From positions 24,688-88,687 of the IMG/VR virus record IMGVR_UViG_3300020057_001229: 64,000 nucleotides of DNA, one strand, 5' to 3'. This DNA comes from a virus. Both the position numbers and the translations under genes were made by a program. A model generated the notes under the pieces. The model had not been told where the DNA came from. It saw nothing but the letters and a program-made list of their open reading frames with translations, and searched no databases. This document shows, in pieces, positions 55,793-64,000 of the stretch. Position 1 is the stretch's first letter; each line of letters starts with the position of its first letter.

Positions 55793-56026
55793 GTGACTTT
55801 GAAGAAGATTTTTGTGTTCAATAAGGACGAAAATTACGAGGCGTTGCTTTACGAAAGTGGACCGAGCCTCTATACGGCAGCTAAAGACTTCGCCGACGTA
55901 TTGAGAAACTACGTCAAGTACGACAATACGTTGTCAGGCGAGCAAAGGCACTTCGCTGAACTTCTCAAGGAAAAGTTTTACGAACACTACGGCGACGTTT
56001 TGCAGCGGATTGAAGACGAAGGTTAA
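55793..56026 (+). CDS. Hypothetical protein
   Basis: GGAGG RBS. Confidence 0.55.
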   Translation: MTLKKIFVFNKDENYEALLYESGPSLYTAAKDFADVLRNYVKYDNTLSGEQRHFAELLKEKFYEHYGDVLQRIEDEG

Positions 56027-56811
56027 GCAGGCTCGTAAAAGCCTTCAGCCGCTATCGTTCTGTCTACCGCACCGCTGTTGTCAGAAGCTAGTGCGTCGAA
56101 ACCTGCGGCGTTGTTTTGCGCTCCGGCGATGATGAAATATGTCGTCGTGCTTTTAATTTCACCAGCGCAATGGGTTTTGCTCGTGCCGTAGTTGATGTTT
56201 GAAGGTGCGACGTGAGCCCAATACCTTGCACCCGACTTAACGGTACGGGGAAGACCCTCTACCCTAAGAGCACCTGCGGGAGCACCTGTTGTGTTGTTCC
56301 AGCGGACTGACATCGCAAAAAAGATACTGTTATTGATTCGTTCCCAACGTCCGAACTGTTCGATGTAGGTGACCGTTGTAAAGGTCGTGGTGCCCATAAT
56401 AGTAGGAGTAAACGAACCACGCTCCACTACATATTCAACCCACCAATGGGTGGCTAATGTTGGCGAATCTTGCAAAGCTCTTATGATAACCCCACCGGTT
56501 TTAATCGTAGCCAGTAAGTTACAGTTGTTAGTAGCGTTTAGGACTTGACCGCCGCTCGCTGCTAGAATCAGATCAGATGTTCCCCTGTTTACAAAGGAGA
56601 ACATTTGACCTGCTTTAACCGTTTTTCCGTCGTTATCGGTGGAGGGCAACGTGATCGTCCGGTTTGTGGCGACGTTGTAGTACAAGACGCCGTTCTCAGT
56701 TGAGAGGAGCGTGGCGTCGGCATCAGCCTTAAAGGTGGCTTTTTGGCTCGCACCCGTGAATCCATCTGGAAACTGAGATGGTGAGCCGGTCAAACCTGGA
56801 ATGAAACTCAT
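56023..56811 (-). CDS. Tail fibre / receptor-binding-like protein (IPG..QFPDG family)
   Basis: Paralog of 11630-12424 with a divergent C-terminus. Confidence 0.7.
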   Translation of the reverse strand: MSFIPGLTGSPSQFPDGFTGASQKATFKADADATLLSTENGVLYYNVATNRTITLPSTDNDGKTVKAGQMFSFVNRGTSDLILAASGGQVLNATNNCNLLATIKTGGVIIRALQDSPTLATHWWVEYVVERGSFTPTIMGTTTFTTVTYIEQFGRWERINNSIFFAMSVRWNNTTGAPAGALRVEGLPRTVKSGARYWAHVAPSNINYGTSKTHCAGEIKSTTTYFIIAGAQNNAAGFDALASDNSGAVDRTIAAEGFYEPA

Positions 56812-56834
56812 AAGGGGGAGCCTCTATTTGTGCG

Positions 56835-56975
56835 TCAATCACATAGTTGAAAATACAAATGTGTAGACAGCATCGTTTTGTTAGTATCACCAACGAAACC
56901 TGGGATAACACCTAAACCAGTAAAACCATCGGGGAATTGAGCAGCAGAGTTTGAAGCACCAGGAATGAATGACAT
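56835..56975 (-). pseudogene. Truncated IPG..QFPDG-family gene (46 aa)
   Basis: MSFIPGASNSAAQFPDGFTGLG..., GAGGGG RBS, early stop. Confidence 0.65.
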
Positions 56976-57043
56976 TATATCCCCTCAGAGTTGATATTAC
57001 TAGGTAATTTTAAATCTCTTCATGGCAAGTTTCGCCCACTACA

Positions 57044-59407
57044 TTATAGATAGTAGAGTCCCATTACTTGGAAATCTGTTGATCCTGTGGCAATTGACTG
57101 AAAATAAACAACTCCGCTTGTGACGTTACCTGTAGCATCGAAAAGTGACGATGACTGTGCAGTGGACGGGTATAAAACTGTTGCCGTCCCAAATACCATG
57201 TCAGTGCCGTTTGTTTGATTCACCGGGTATGTAAATTGGAAGTTTGTTACCGTCGTCGCTGCGGTCACGGATAAGCCGAGCACCCTAAACGAGAACGAAA
57301 CCTTATTGTTTAAGATCTCATATTTACCAACACTAACAACAGCCGTACCTGTCAGGTTTGTCAAGGTTGAGATAGTAGGAGTCCACACACCTTCTACGTA
57401 TCTAGTTAAAACCGAGCCGCTATTCAACATAATACCAGCAAAGCCGTTGGTATTAGTGAAGGTGTTAGGCTGGTCCAAGACAGGGCTCTTCACCAACGAG
57501 TCAACGATTGTGCCGTCACCCGAAAGCGTACCCGCACCTGTGACTCCACCTGCGGCAACAAGCGTACCTCCTGAGGAGACGTTGTAGGTTTGACCACTTG
57601 GAATATCTAGTTGTGGGTGCCATGCGGTGTTACCGGGCTGTACCGTATAAGTTAGAGCGTCAAGCGTGTTTTTTGTTACGACCGAAGGGCTGTTAGGAAC
57701 TACAACCGCAGAGTCGCCGCAAGTAGCGATGATCCGACCACGGTTTGAGGCACTAAATGTGTAGCTGCTTAAGTCAAAGATCAACTGTGAGCTAGTAGCT
57801 GAGAAAATACCTTGGGTATTCTGCGGCTCAAACTCGTTGGTGGCAACTTCGTAAAGGAACGTATAGTTCGTAGGAATATCGGAAAGCTGATGCGTCACAG
57901 GGCTTGTCGGAGATGCCGAGAAGTAGCCTGAGTCGTAGCGTTTTACCGATACGGCAGTGCCGCTGATACCGTCGTCTTTAAGCGTCAGCTCAATTTGCTC
58001 CGTAGGGAGATAATTGCTGAAGTCGGCGAAAAGAGCGTTGGTGTCGCTTTTGTTAAAGATCCAACCATCAGCTAAAGGACCTGCCGTCGCCGTTCTATAA
58101 AGAGATCCGCTCCAGTCTTGGCTCTCAGAGAGAGTGTTGGTGTTGTGGTCGATCCGAGTTGTGTAAAGCTTTCTGAGATCTAGCGTGGTCGCACTTCCGC
58201 TTAGGAAGAAATACGGTCCAACTTGACCGGTCAAAAAGCCGCTGCCATTGCTACCAATTGTAAAGCGACGGTTGCCGGAGGTAGCAGGGAAAAGGTTACC
58301 TGCTGCTACGTGAGTAATTTCAAGAGATCCATCGACAAATAGGTCGAAAGTATTCGAAGAAGCTGTGTACCTTAGCGCAAAGAAATGCCAGGTGTTGTCA
58401 ACAAAACTAGGAGTGTAGGTGGTAGACGTTTGTGCCGAACCGTCAGTAGAGCTGAAAATAGAAATGCTTCCGGTTGTCTCAACCCGTACTTGGAACGAAC
58501 GTTCGCTTACGTCAAATCTCCACTGACCGAAAAGTGACATCGTAGTTGCGGGAGTCCAGTCTGGAAGGCGGAACCATCCACCGCAAGCGAAGTCGGTATC
58601 ACCTGGGTTAAAAAGAGCCGCTGTGCTTCTTAGATCCTGCGAAGAGGCAGTTGTAAAGCTCGGAGCATTAGAGCCGCCGAAGATAGTTTGTCCGGTTAAA
58701 GGGGTAGCGTTTGTGTTCGTGAAGTCTCTGGCGTTAGCTGAGCCGTCAGTGATAGATCCGGCAAAATTCCACCACGAGATGTTTGCCGCCGAAAGAGCAG
58801 AGGAGAACGAGGTGCTTGCGAAGTTATGACCGGCTGCGCTTTGACCCGCAGTGCCTACGTCGCCGACCTCTCTTCGTGAGAGCCTGTAGACTACGGGACT
58901 GATCGTAGCAGGTGCCGTATCGTGGCTTCTGATCGAGTAAGGCGTGACTACGGCAGCCGTCCAAGTCGCACCCACGGTGCGGATCGAAGCAAGGGCTAGG
59001 TAGCGACCACGGTTTACGTTTTCCGGCAAAGTCGTGAGGACTTTGAAACTCGTCGCCGTAACCGGGAATACCTTTCGACCGGTGTCGGTCTGAGTAATCG
59101 CCGAGTCAGCCGAGAGGGTTGCTAGGTCAATATAAAGGTAGTAGTTGGTCGTCGCAGCAGGTGAGGCACCTAAGGCGGTCGTCAAGCTTACCGTAAGGTT
59201 AGCGTTGGAGCCGAAGGTAGCCGACGTTGACCCCGAGCCGGAGTAAGTCGCTATCTCCCGCTGCTCGCTTAGTTGGCGGTATCCACCCACTACAGTAGCG
59301 TTCGGGTTGGTGATACTCAGAATCGTAAAACCAGTCAGTTCGTTGATGTCTGCCGCTGTACGCTTTAGACGATTGGCGGAGTTGAAACTTAAAATTTTAT
59401 CTGGCAT
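57044..59407 (-). CDS. Long tail fibre/spike protein with LamG (concanavalin-like) domain
   Basis: 787 aa S/T-rich; DFACGGWFR, NTWHFFALRY, LFVDG, EGVWTP. Confidence 0.8.
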   Translation of the reverse strand: MPDKILSFNSANRLKRTAADINELTGFTILSITNPNATVVGGYRQLSEQREIATYSGSGSTSATFGSNANLTVSLTTALGASPAATTNYYLYIDLATLSADSAITQTDTGRKVFPVTATSFKVLTTLPENVNRGRYLALASIRTVGATWTAAVVTPYSIRSHDTAPATISPVVYRLSRREVGDVGTAGQSAAGHNFASTSFSSALSAANISWWNFAGSITDGSANARDFTNTNATPLTGQTIFGGSNAPSFTTASSQDLRSTAALFNPGDTDFACGGWFRLPDWTPATTMSLFGQWRFDVSERSFQVRVETTGSISIFSSTDGSAQTSTTYTPSFVDNTWHFFALRYTASSNTFDLFVDGSLEITHVAAGNLFPATSGNRRFTIGSNGSGFLTGQVGPYFFLSGSATTLDLRKLYTTRIDHNTNTLSESQDWSGSLYRTATAGPLADGWIFNKSDTNALFADFSNYLPTEQIELTLKDDGISGTAVSVKRYDSGYFSASPTSPVTHQLSDIPTNYTFLYEVATNEFEPQNTQGIFSATSSQLIFDLSSYTFSASNRGRIIATCGDSAVVVPNSPSVVTKNTLDALTYTVQPGNTAWHPQLDIPSGQTYNVSSGGTLVAAGGVTGAGTLSGDGTIVDSLVKSPVLDQPNTFTNTNGFAGIMLNSGSVLTRYVEGVWTPTISTLTNLTGTAVVSVGKYEILNNKVSFSFRVLGLSVTAATTVTNFQFTYPVNQTNGTDMVFGTATVLYPSTAQSSSLFDATGNVTSGVVYFQSIATGSTDFQVMGLYYL

Positions 59408-59583
59408 GGTTTTCCCTACTAACTAGAAGTGTTCGTAACAAAATCTTGCCTTTGGCATGTAATCTCAAAAGCTCAAGGAGCAAGGGATGTGCTGCCGGGG
59501 TCTGCTAGCACAATTGACCTTCGTTTCATGCTCAAATAATCTGCGAGTTGAATTGAAAGAAGCATGATTCAGAAATAGGGGTA

Positions 59584-59631
59584 TTGACATCCTCCCCACG
59601 GCTAAAGCAGGGGGTTTTACGCTGGGTCTTG
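59584..59631 (-). mobile_element. 48-bp miniature IS200/IS605-type element
   Basis: Near-identical to 30692-30739; sits in the U-tract of the capsid gene terminator. Confidence 0.75.
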
Positions 59632-59633
59632 AT

Positions 59634-59669
59634 AAAAAAAGAGGCAGGTTTCCCTGCCTCTTCTCTTTT
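59634..59669 (-). terminator. Intrinsic terminator after the major capsid gene
   Basis: AGAGGCAGG/CCTGCCTCT stem plus T-run on the minus strand. Confidence 0.8.
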
Positions 59670-59682
59670 AAGCTCAGTAAGC

Positions 59683-60792
59683 TTAGGCGATGCGCTGACC
59701 ACGGACAACAGCGCGGCTGTTGACGATGGCGTGAGCAACTTGCGACTCAAAGAACCAGCCGCGTGTCGGCTGACCGATGACGGCACCAACGGTGCTCTCA
59801 ACGGTGAGTGGCTTGCGCTCCATGAGCACGCCGAGGGCTTTCGGGGTACCAAGGAAGTAAACTTCGCCTGGGTTAAGAACTTGGAGGTTTTCTTCACGGA
59901 AACCGTCCGTAAGAAGCTGGATACCGAAGAAGGAACCGAGGTTACCTTCCATGATGATCTGATGCTTCGATACTGGATCGTAATAACTTGCGAACTCAGA
60001 GTCCGTAAGGAAGTCGTTCCAGAGGTCAACGGAGAGCAAACAGTGAGCTACAGGGATCGTCCAACGAGCGATCTGTGTACGCATCGCTTGGAACACCGAA
60101 GGGGTGAAAGCGTTGAAGAACACGAGTTCGTTGTAGGTTGCCGCTGCGGCGTCAAGAAGAACCTTGGTACGCTTGTCTTCTTCACGAAGAACTTGCTCAA
60201 GACCGTCATTGTACTTGTGCTCAAGAAGGTCGGTGTCCGCCATCTCAAGTTCCAAGTTGTCAATCACGATGCGTGCAAGAATGTAAGCGTCTGGCGGATG
60301 CACGTAGCTCTGACGAACCGACGTAGCAACGACCGTTGGGTTGGTGTTGGCGATGTAGTACGCGATCACGTCTTTTTTACGGACGGCGATACGAGCAATG
60401 TCACCACGCTTCAAAGGTTTGAAGCCGAGAATCTTACGTGTGAAGCCTTCGCGACCAAGTGCTTCGTAGATCTCTTCAGCTACGGTTTCGCCGAGAGCTG
60501 CCCACTTTTGTCCACTCTTGTCTTCAAGAGCTTCGACGAGAGTGTTGTGACGCTCTGCGGTGATTTCACGGCGAGCTTCGAGTGACAACACTTCGTCGTC
60601 ATTACGAGCGATTTCGCCGCTGCGGATGCCGTCTGCAAGAACGGCGATGTTACGGATAAGGTCAGCTTTGTCGTTAGCGTTGATGTCACCGCTAGCTCCG
60701 ACAAGGCGTTCCGAGCGTCCCTTTGCACGGTATTCCGTGGCTGGGAGCTTCTGACGGAAAGATGCCGTCACTCTGCCTTTGTTGATACGCAT
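59683..60792 (-). CDS. Major capsid protein (HK97-like fold, jumbo-phage type)
   Basis: 369 aa, strong codon bias; REGFTRK.L, EED, G.LG..FG..L.TD, C-terminal RGWFFE...AIVN.RAV. Confidence 0.75.
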   Translation of the reverse strand: MRINKGRVTASFRQKLPATEYRAKGRSERLVGASGDINANDKADLIRNIAVLADGIRSGEIARNDDEVLSLEARREITAERHNTLVEALEDKSGQKWAALGETVAEEIYEALGREGFTRKILGFKPLKRGDIARIAVRKKDVIAYYIANTNPTVVATSVRQSYVHPPDAYILARIVIDNLELEMADTDLLEHKYNDGLEQVLREEDKRTKVLLDAAAATYNELVFFNAFTPSVFQAMRTQIARWTIPVAHCLLSVDLWNDFLTDSEFASYYDPVSKHQIIMEGNLGSFFGIQLLTDGFREENLQVLNPGEVYFLGTPKALGVLMERKPLTVESTVGAVIGQPTRGWFFESQVAHAIVNSRAVVRGQRIA

Positions 60793-61090
60793 TTAGAACT
60801 CCTAGATGTGTTTTTATAGAAACCCGAACGTCGAAGACGACTTGTCTTCAACTTAGTTTTTGTCCGCTTCTCGCTGGGGTAGGTGTTTTTCAACCTTAAT
60901 TATTTGGGTTTCAAAGCCATCTAGGATTTGATTTTTAATTAGCGAGTGGAGAAGCATCCAACTCAAGAGAACTGATATAATTACTTTACGCACATAATCT
61001 TATTACGAAGAATTTTTTTGGAGGAATGTCGGGAGGGTATGAAAAAAGCGACCAGTTGGTCGCCTTTATTAGAAGAGAAGAACCGATACT

Positions 61091-61498
61091 TCAGTCTACG
61101 GGAACCGCCACATTTACACGGGGAGAGTTCGTGTAGCAAAGCCATGAACACGCACCCAAGCCGTTATTTCGCTCGCAGTCGTAGACAACACGACGAGCCG
61201 CTTGGTCAACATTGTTGCTTTGGATTCGATAGCCACCGGGTCTCAGCTCGTTGTATCCTCGGCGGGCAGCATGACAGCTAAAGCGGTAGAGCGACTCTTC
61301 CCAACATTGGACTACTTCGCAGCGAGCGTAACGGTCAGAGCAAGCAATGCGAGCTTTGCCCTTCGCTTCTTCTACGGTTACACCTGAACGGTTAAACACT
61401 TCGCTGCTATAAGGTGACCGAGCCGAACACCAAAAGACACTTTGAGCTTCGGCTATTGTAGCAATGAACATCCCTACGATAAGAACTGCTAATTTCAT
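61091..61498 (-). CDS. Secreted Cys-rich protein, paralog of 50605-51111
   Basis: Signal peptide ending AEA; shared Cys pattern. Confidence 0.75.
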   Translation of the reverse strand: MKLAVLIVGMFIATIAEAQSVFWCSARSPYSSEVFNRSGVTVEEAKGKARIACSDRYARCEVVQCWEESLYRFSCHAARRGYNELRPGGYRIQSNNVDQAARRVVYDCERNNGLGACSWLCYTNSPRVNVAVPVD

Positions 61499-61533
61499 AC
61501 TGCACCCCTTTCAAAGTTTATAATTGAGTCCGA

Positions 61534-63468
61534 TCAACGGCACGTCGAACAAGAACCCAAATCTTCTTCATCTTCTTCAGCCATAGCTTTCTCAGCAAGT
61601 GACTTAGCAAGAATGGACTGATCCGTAAGAGATAGTGTTTTGCTTTTGTCTTGAGCGTTCTGTAAACGCTTGACGTAGCGAGCTTTGATAGCTTCTTTGT
61701 TCTCTTCGATCTTGGTTAAGGGGTAGTCCTTTATCCAAGTGTAGCCAGCCTTTTCAAAAGACTTGGCGTGTTCAAAAAGATCTGGGTGCTTTTCAAGTAG
61801 CCCTACCCACTCTACCCGACGCTGGAAATAGCAGTTACCTGTCGCCAAAACCTTACCTTTACTGCGGATGAGGAAAGCACTAGTTGGGACCGTAACGCAG
61901 TAAACGTTGCCTTCGAACAGCACTCGTCCGTGGTGGTTACGCTCAGATACCATCGTGTAGTTTTTCGAGGTCTGAATATTCACGGCATGGACGGGCTTAT
62001 GCTCTTCACCTGACTTCTTCACGCCGTTACTACGGCTAAAGCGGGAGCCTATGTAACCCGTTACGTGTGCAGCAGCTTGAATTACTTCTGCGTTGTTCAA
62101 AGAGGTCGTCAAATAGGTGTAGCTACCCTCTTTGGTCACGTTTTGACTGTCCCAATATTTCAACTCGTCTAAGAGCACTTCCCTACAACGGCTAGAAAGA
62201 CCTAGCACGTCCTGCGTCCATTCTTTGTTTTGAATGTCGAAATAGCTATGTTCGTTCCAATAGCCGAGATCCACCGAGAGCCGAGCTTTAGCGGTCGGAC
62301 CTGGCTTAAGGGCTCGAAGCTCGACGTTCGCTCTGTCGGCTAGGTCAAGCAACCTGTCTATCTTGCGCTGCTTGGAAAAACTCAAATAAGCCCTCCGACC
62401 CGAAATCCAGCCGTCTGCTTGGATGGCTACCGCTAGACGAATAAGATCTTCGTTGAACTCTCGTCCGTCGTTGTTTTCGAGACGACCGCTGACAGGCGTG
62501 AAGAACTGAAGCGGCAACTCTTCCGCCGTAGAAAATTCCCACGGTCCTGCGAGCTTTCTTTTGTTTTTCTGAATCCAACGGTGGTCAGGTGTCGTAATGA
62601 GATCCACAAGACGACTGCGGACATGGATCATTTCCCCAGAGTATGAAAGCTTATGAAGCTTAGAAGGTACTACAAAACTTACAGTCTCCTTTGCAGGATC
62701 GTACTGAAGTACCTCACCTTTACCATCATATTGGTCAAATCGTACCCAGCCATGGTTGCGTACAAAGACTTCTACGTCGCCTTGAACACAGTAGGTGCAA
62801 CCTGACCGGGTACGCCACTCGTAGTAGCTAGGAAGCCCAATTTCGTCCCCTACAAGCTTGAAGACGGCAGCTAGGTCCATACCCTCGTCGGCGAGCGGCA
62901 TGACTGTAAAAACCTTCAGGGCGTATTGTCCGCACGGCACATACCCAGTCCGAGTAGGCTCGTCCGCCCTTATCCCCACAAGGTTGAAGACCACATCGTG
63001 GGTCGCAGCTAGACCGTCCATGTAGTCACGGAAAGGAACGATTTTTGACATGCGGGTGCAGTAGCGCGAGCGCGGAGAGGGCAAGAAACCGTTGAATTTG
63101 ATCTTGATGATGTCCTCTAAGGGACCTAATTTACTCATCAAATGAGTGATTTTGCGACCGAAGAAGGTCTCTAGTTTGGCGAGGTATTCGTAGGTCTCAG
63201 GGAGTTCGGAACCGGTGTCAGCGAAGACGAAATGCACGCTTTCTAGCAGTTCTGGGTAGACATTTTTGAATAAAAGACCTACAGCGGTGCTGTCTTTCCC
63301 TGCGGAAAGACCGATGACGATGGCGACTTTCTTATTTTCAGCGAGGGCTTCATTGATGAGACGACGCCAAGAAGGAATATGCTCCTGGGTAAGTGGCGAT
63401 ACCGTGGTGGGGTCCGCCTGAGGTAGTTGACTGGTCATTTGTCGATAATAGGCTTTCTCCCCAGGCAC
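61534..63468 (-). CDS. PAPS-reductase-family (PP-loop) protein containing an intein
   Basis: SAGKDS, ADTGSE.PETY, RYCT..K, GIRADE; after splicing RSGCTY|CYFQR. Confidence 0.9.
   Translation of the reverse strand: MPGEKAYYRQMTSQLPQADPTTVSPLTQEHIPSWRRLINEALAENKKVAIVIGLSAGKDSTAVGLLFKNVYPELLESVHFVFADTGSELPETYEYLAKLETFFGRKITHLMSKLGPLEDIIKIKFNGFLPSPRSRYCTRMSKIVPFRDYMDGLAATHDVVFNLVGIRADEPTRTGYVPCGQYALKVFTVMPLADEGMDLAAVFKLVGDEIGLPSYYEWRTRSGCTYCVQGDVEVFVRNHGWVRFDQYDGKGEVLQYDPAKETVSFVVPSKLHKLSYSGEMIHVRSRLVDLITTPDHRWIQKNKRKLAGPWEFSTAEELPLQFFTPVSGRLENNDGREFNEDLIRLAVAIQADGWISGRRAYLSFSKQRKIDRLLDLADRANVELRALKPGPTAKARLSVDLGYWNEHSYFDIQNKEWTQDVLGLSSRCREVLLDELKYWDSQNVTKEGSYTYLTTSLNNAEVIQAAAHVTGYIGSRFSRSNGVKKSGEEHKPVHAVNIQTSKNYTMVSERNHHGRVLFEGNVYCVTVPTSAFLIRSKGKVLATGNCYFQRRVEWVGLLEKHPDLFEHAKSFEKAGYTWIKDYPLTKIEENKEAIKARYVKRLQNAQDKSKTLSLTDQSILAKSLAEKAMAEEDEEDLGSCSTCR
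61834..62790 (-). mobile_element. Intein (319 aa) with LAGLIDADG-like endonuclease
   Basis: Starts CVQGD, TPDHR block B, IQADG and LKYWD blocks, VYCVTVP block F, ends TGN before Cys. Confidence 0.9.
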
Positions 63469-63494
63469 TTAGGGCAGCTAAGAGTTCTTTTTAC

Positions 63495-63521
63495 TAAAGT
63501 TTTTCCGAGTTTGGACGATAA
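63495..63521 (+). promoter_or_regulatory. sigma28-like promoter
   Basis: TAAAGTTT-N11-GACGATAA upstream of the basic protein. Confidence 0.65.
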
Positions 63522-63553
63522 GAAAGAGTAACAACTAACAGGAGCTACTGCCA

Positions 63554-64000
63554 ATGAAAAAAGCAAGCACCAGCAAAAAAGCCGCAGCTAAGTCGTCCAC
63601 CGCCAAGTTTCGTCGCCGTCCGATGAAAGACTGGCATGATGTCGCCATGCTTAAGGGCGAAAGAAACCGAGGTATCTCTGTAGCTGAGCTGATGAAAAAA
63701 TACGGGATCAAGTCAGCGACCACCGTCTACAGCATCATCAAGGGCACGCTTCAACCCAATGTGGGAGCTGCGACTTACGACGAGAAAAACCGTAAGTGGA
63801 AGTTTGGCGCTGCGAAGCCGACCGAGAAGAAAGCTAAAGCGCTGAAAGCCAAAACAAAGAAAGCGCCTAAAGCCAAGAAAGCACCGAAGGCTGCCGCTGC
63901 TCCTAAGAAGAAGAAGAAGAAGAAGAAGTCCACCGCCAAGCGCAACCGGAAGGTGAAGACTTTGAGCAAAGCTGTTGATGCCCACGCGAAAGCTGCTTGA
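63554..64000 (+). CDS. Highly basic histone H1-like / HTH DNA-binding protein
   Basis: AGGAG RBS; HTH-like SVAELMKKYGIKSATTVYSII; KKAPKA repeats. Confidence 0.75.
   Translation: MKKASTSKKAAAKSSTAKFRRRPMKDWHDVAMLKGERNRGISVAELMKKYGIKSATTVYSIIKGTLQPNVGAATYDEKNRKWKFGAAKPTEKKAKALKAKTKKAPKAKKAPKAAAAPKKKKKKKKSTAKRNRKVKTLSKAVDAHAKAA

Noticed and set aside
11630-56811. Diversity-generating retroelement acting on fibre genes
   Set aside because: Paralogs differ at all base types; no template/variable repeat pair or reverse transcriptase seen.
13660-57020. TTAAAT-like late promoter motif upstream of several structural genes
   Set aside because: Too short and AT-rich to separate from background without a motif search.
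59584-60585. 333-aa plus-strand ORF and similar antisense ORFs
   Set aside because: Shadow frames of highly codon-biased genes such as the capsid gene; no RBS or motifs.

Overview
A 64-kb segment of a large (jumbo-type) tailed phage genome in the standard genetic code. It holds a stand-alone major capsid protein, a scattered family of tail-fibre-like genes, an M15 endolysin, thyA, a C5 DNA methyltransferase, an intein-containing PAPS-reductase-family gene, RNA-repair and anti-defence enzymes (Thg1, HAD, 2H phosphoesterase, macro, Nudix), ten tRNA genes, two circularly permuted tRNA-like (Y-RNA/YrlA-like) RNAs and a ~650-nt structured non-coding RNA. The main finding is that every tRNA cluster is preceded by a 13-19 codon leader ORF, below the ORF-track cutoff, rich in the amino acid(s) those tRNAs carry: NNNN before tRNA-Asn, EEE before two tRNA-Glu, 7 Leu + 4 Pro before tRNA-Pro and four tRNA-Leu, and R..RRR before tRNA-Arg. 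The Asn and Glu leaders also have overlapping antiterminator/terminator hairpins. This points to ribosome-mediated attenuation by which the phage senses shortage of specific host tRNAs and switches on its own copies. Other points: host-like signalling genes (hybrid kinase, Hpt) inserted at RNA genes between direct repeats, sigma28-like promoters, an ATA-start cytochrome c lipoprotein, a shared N-terminal Y-x-V-x-A motif, a MITE and miniature IS200/IS605 elements. All calls come from reading the sequence and recognising motifs; no database searches or folding programs were run.
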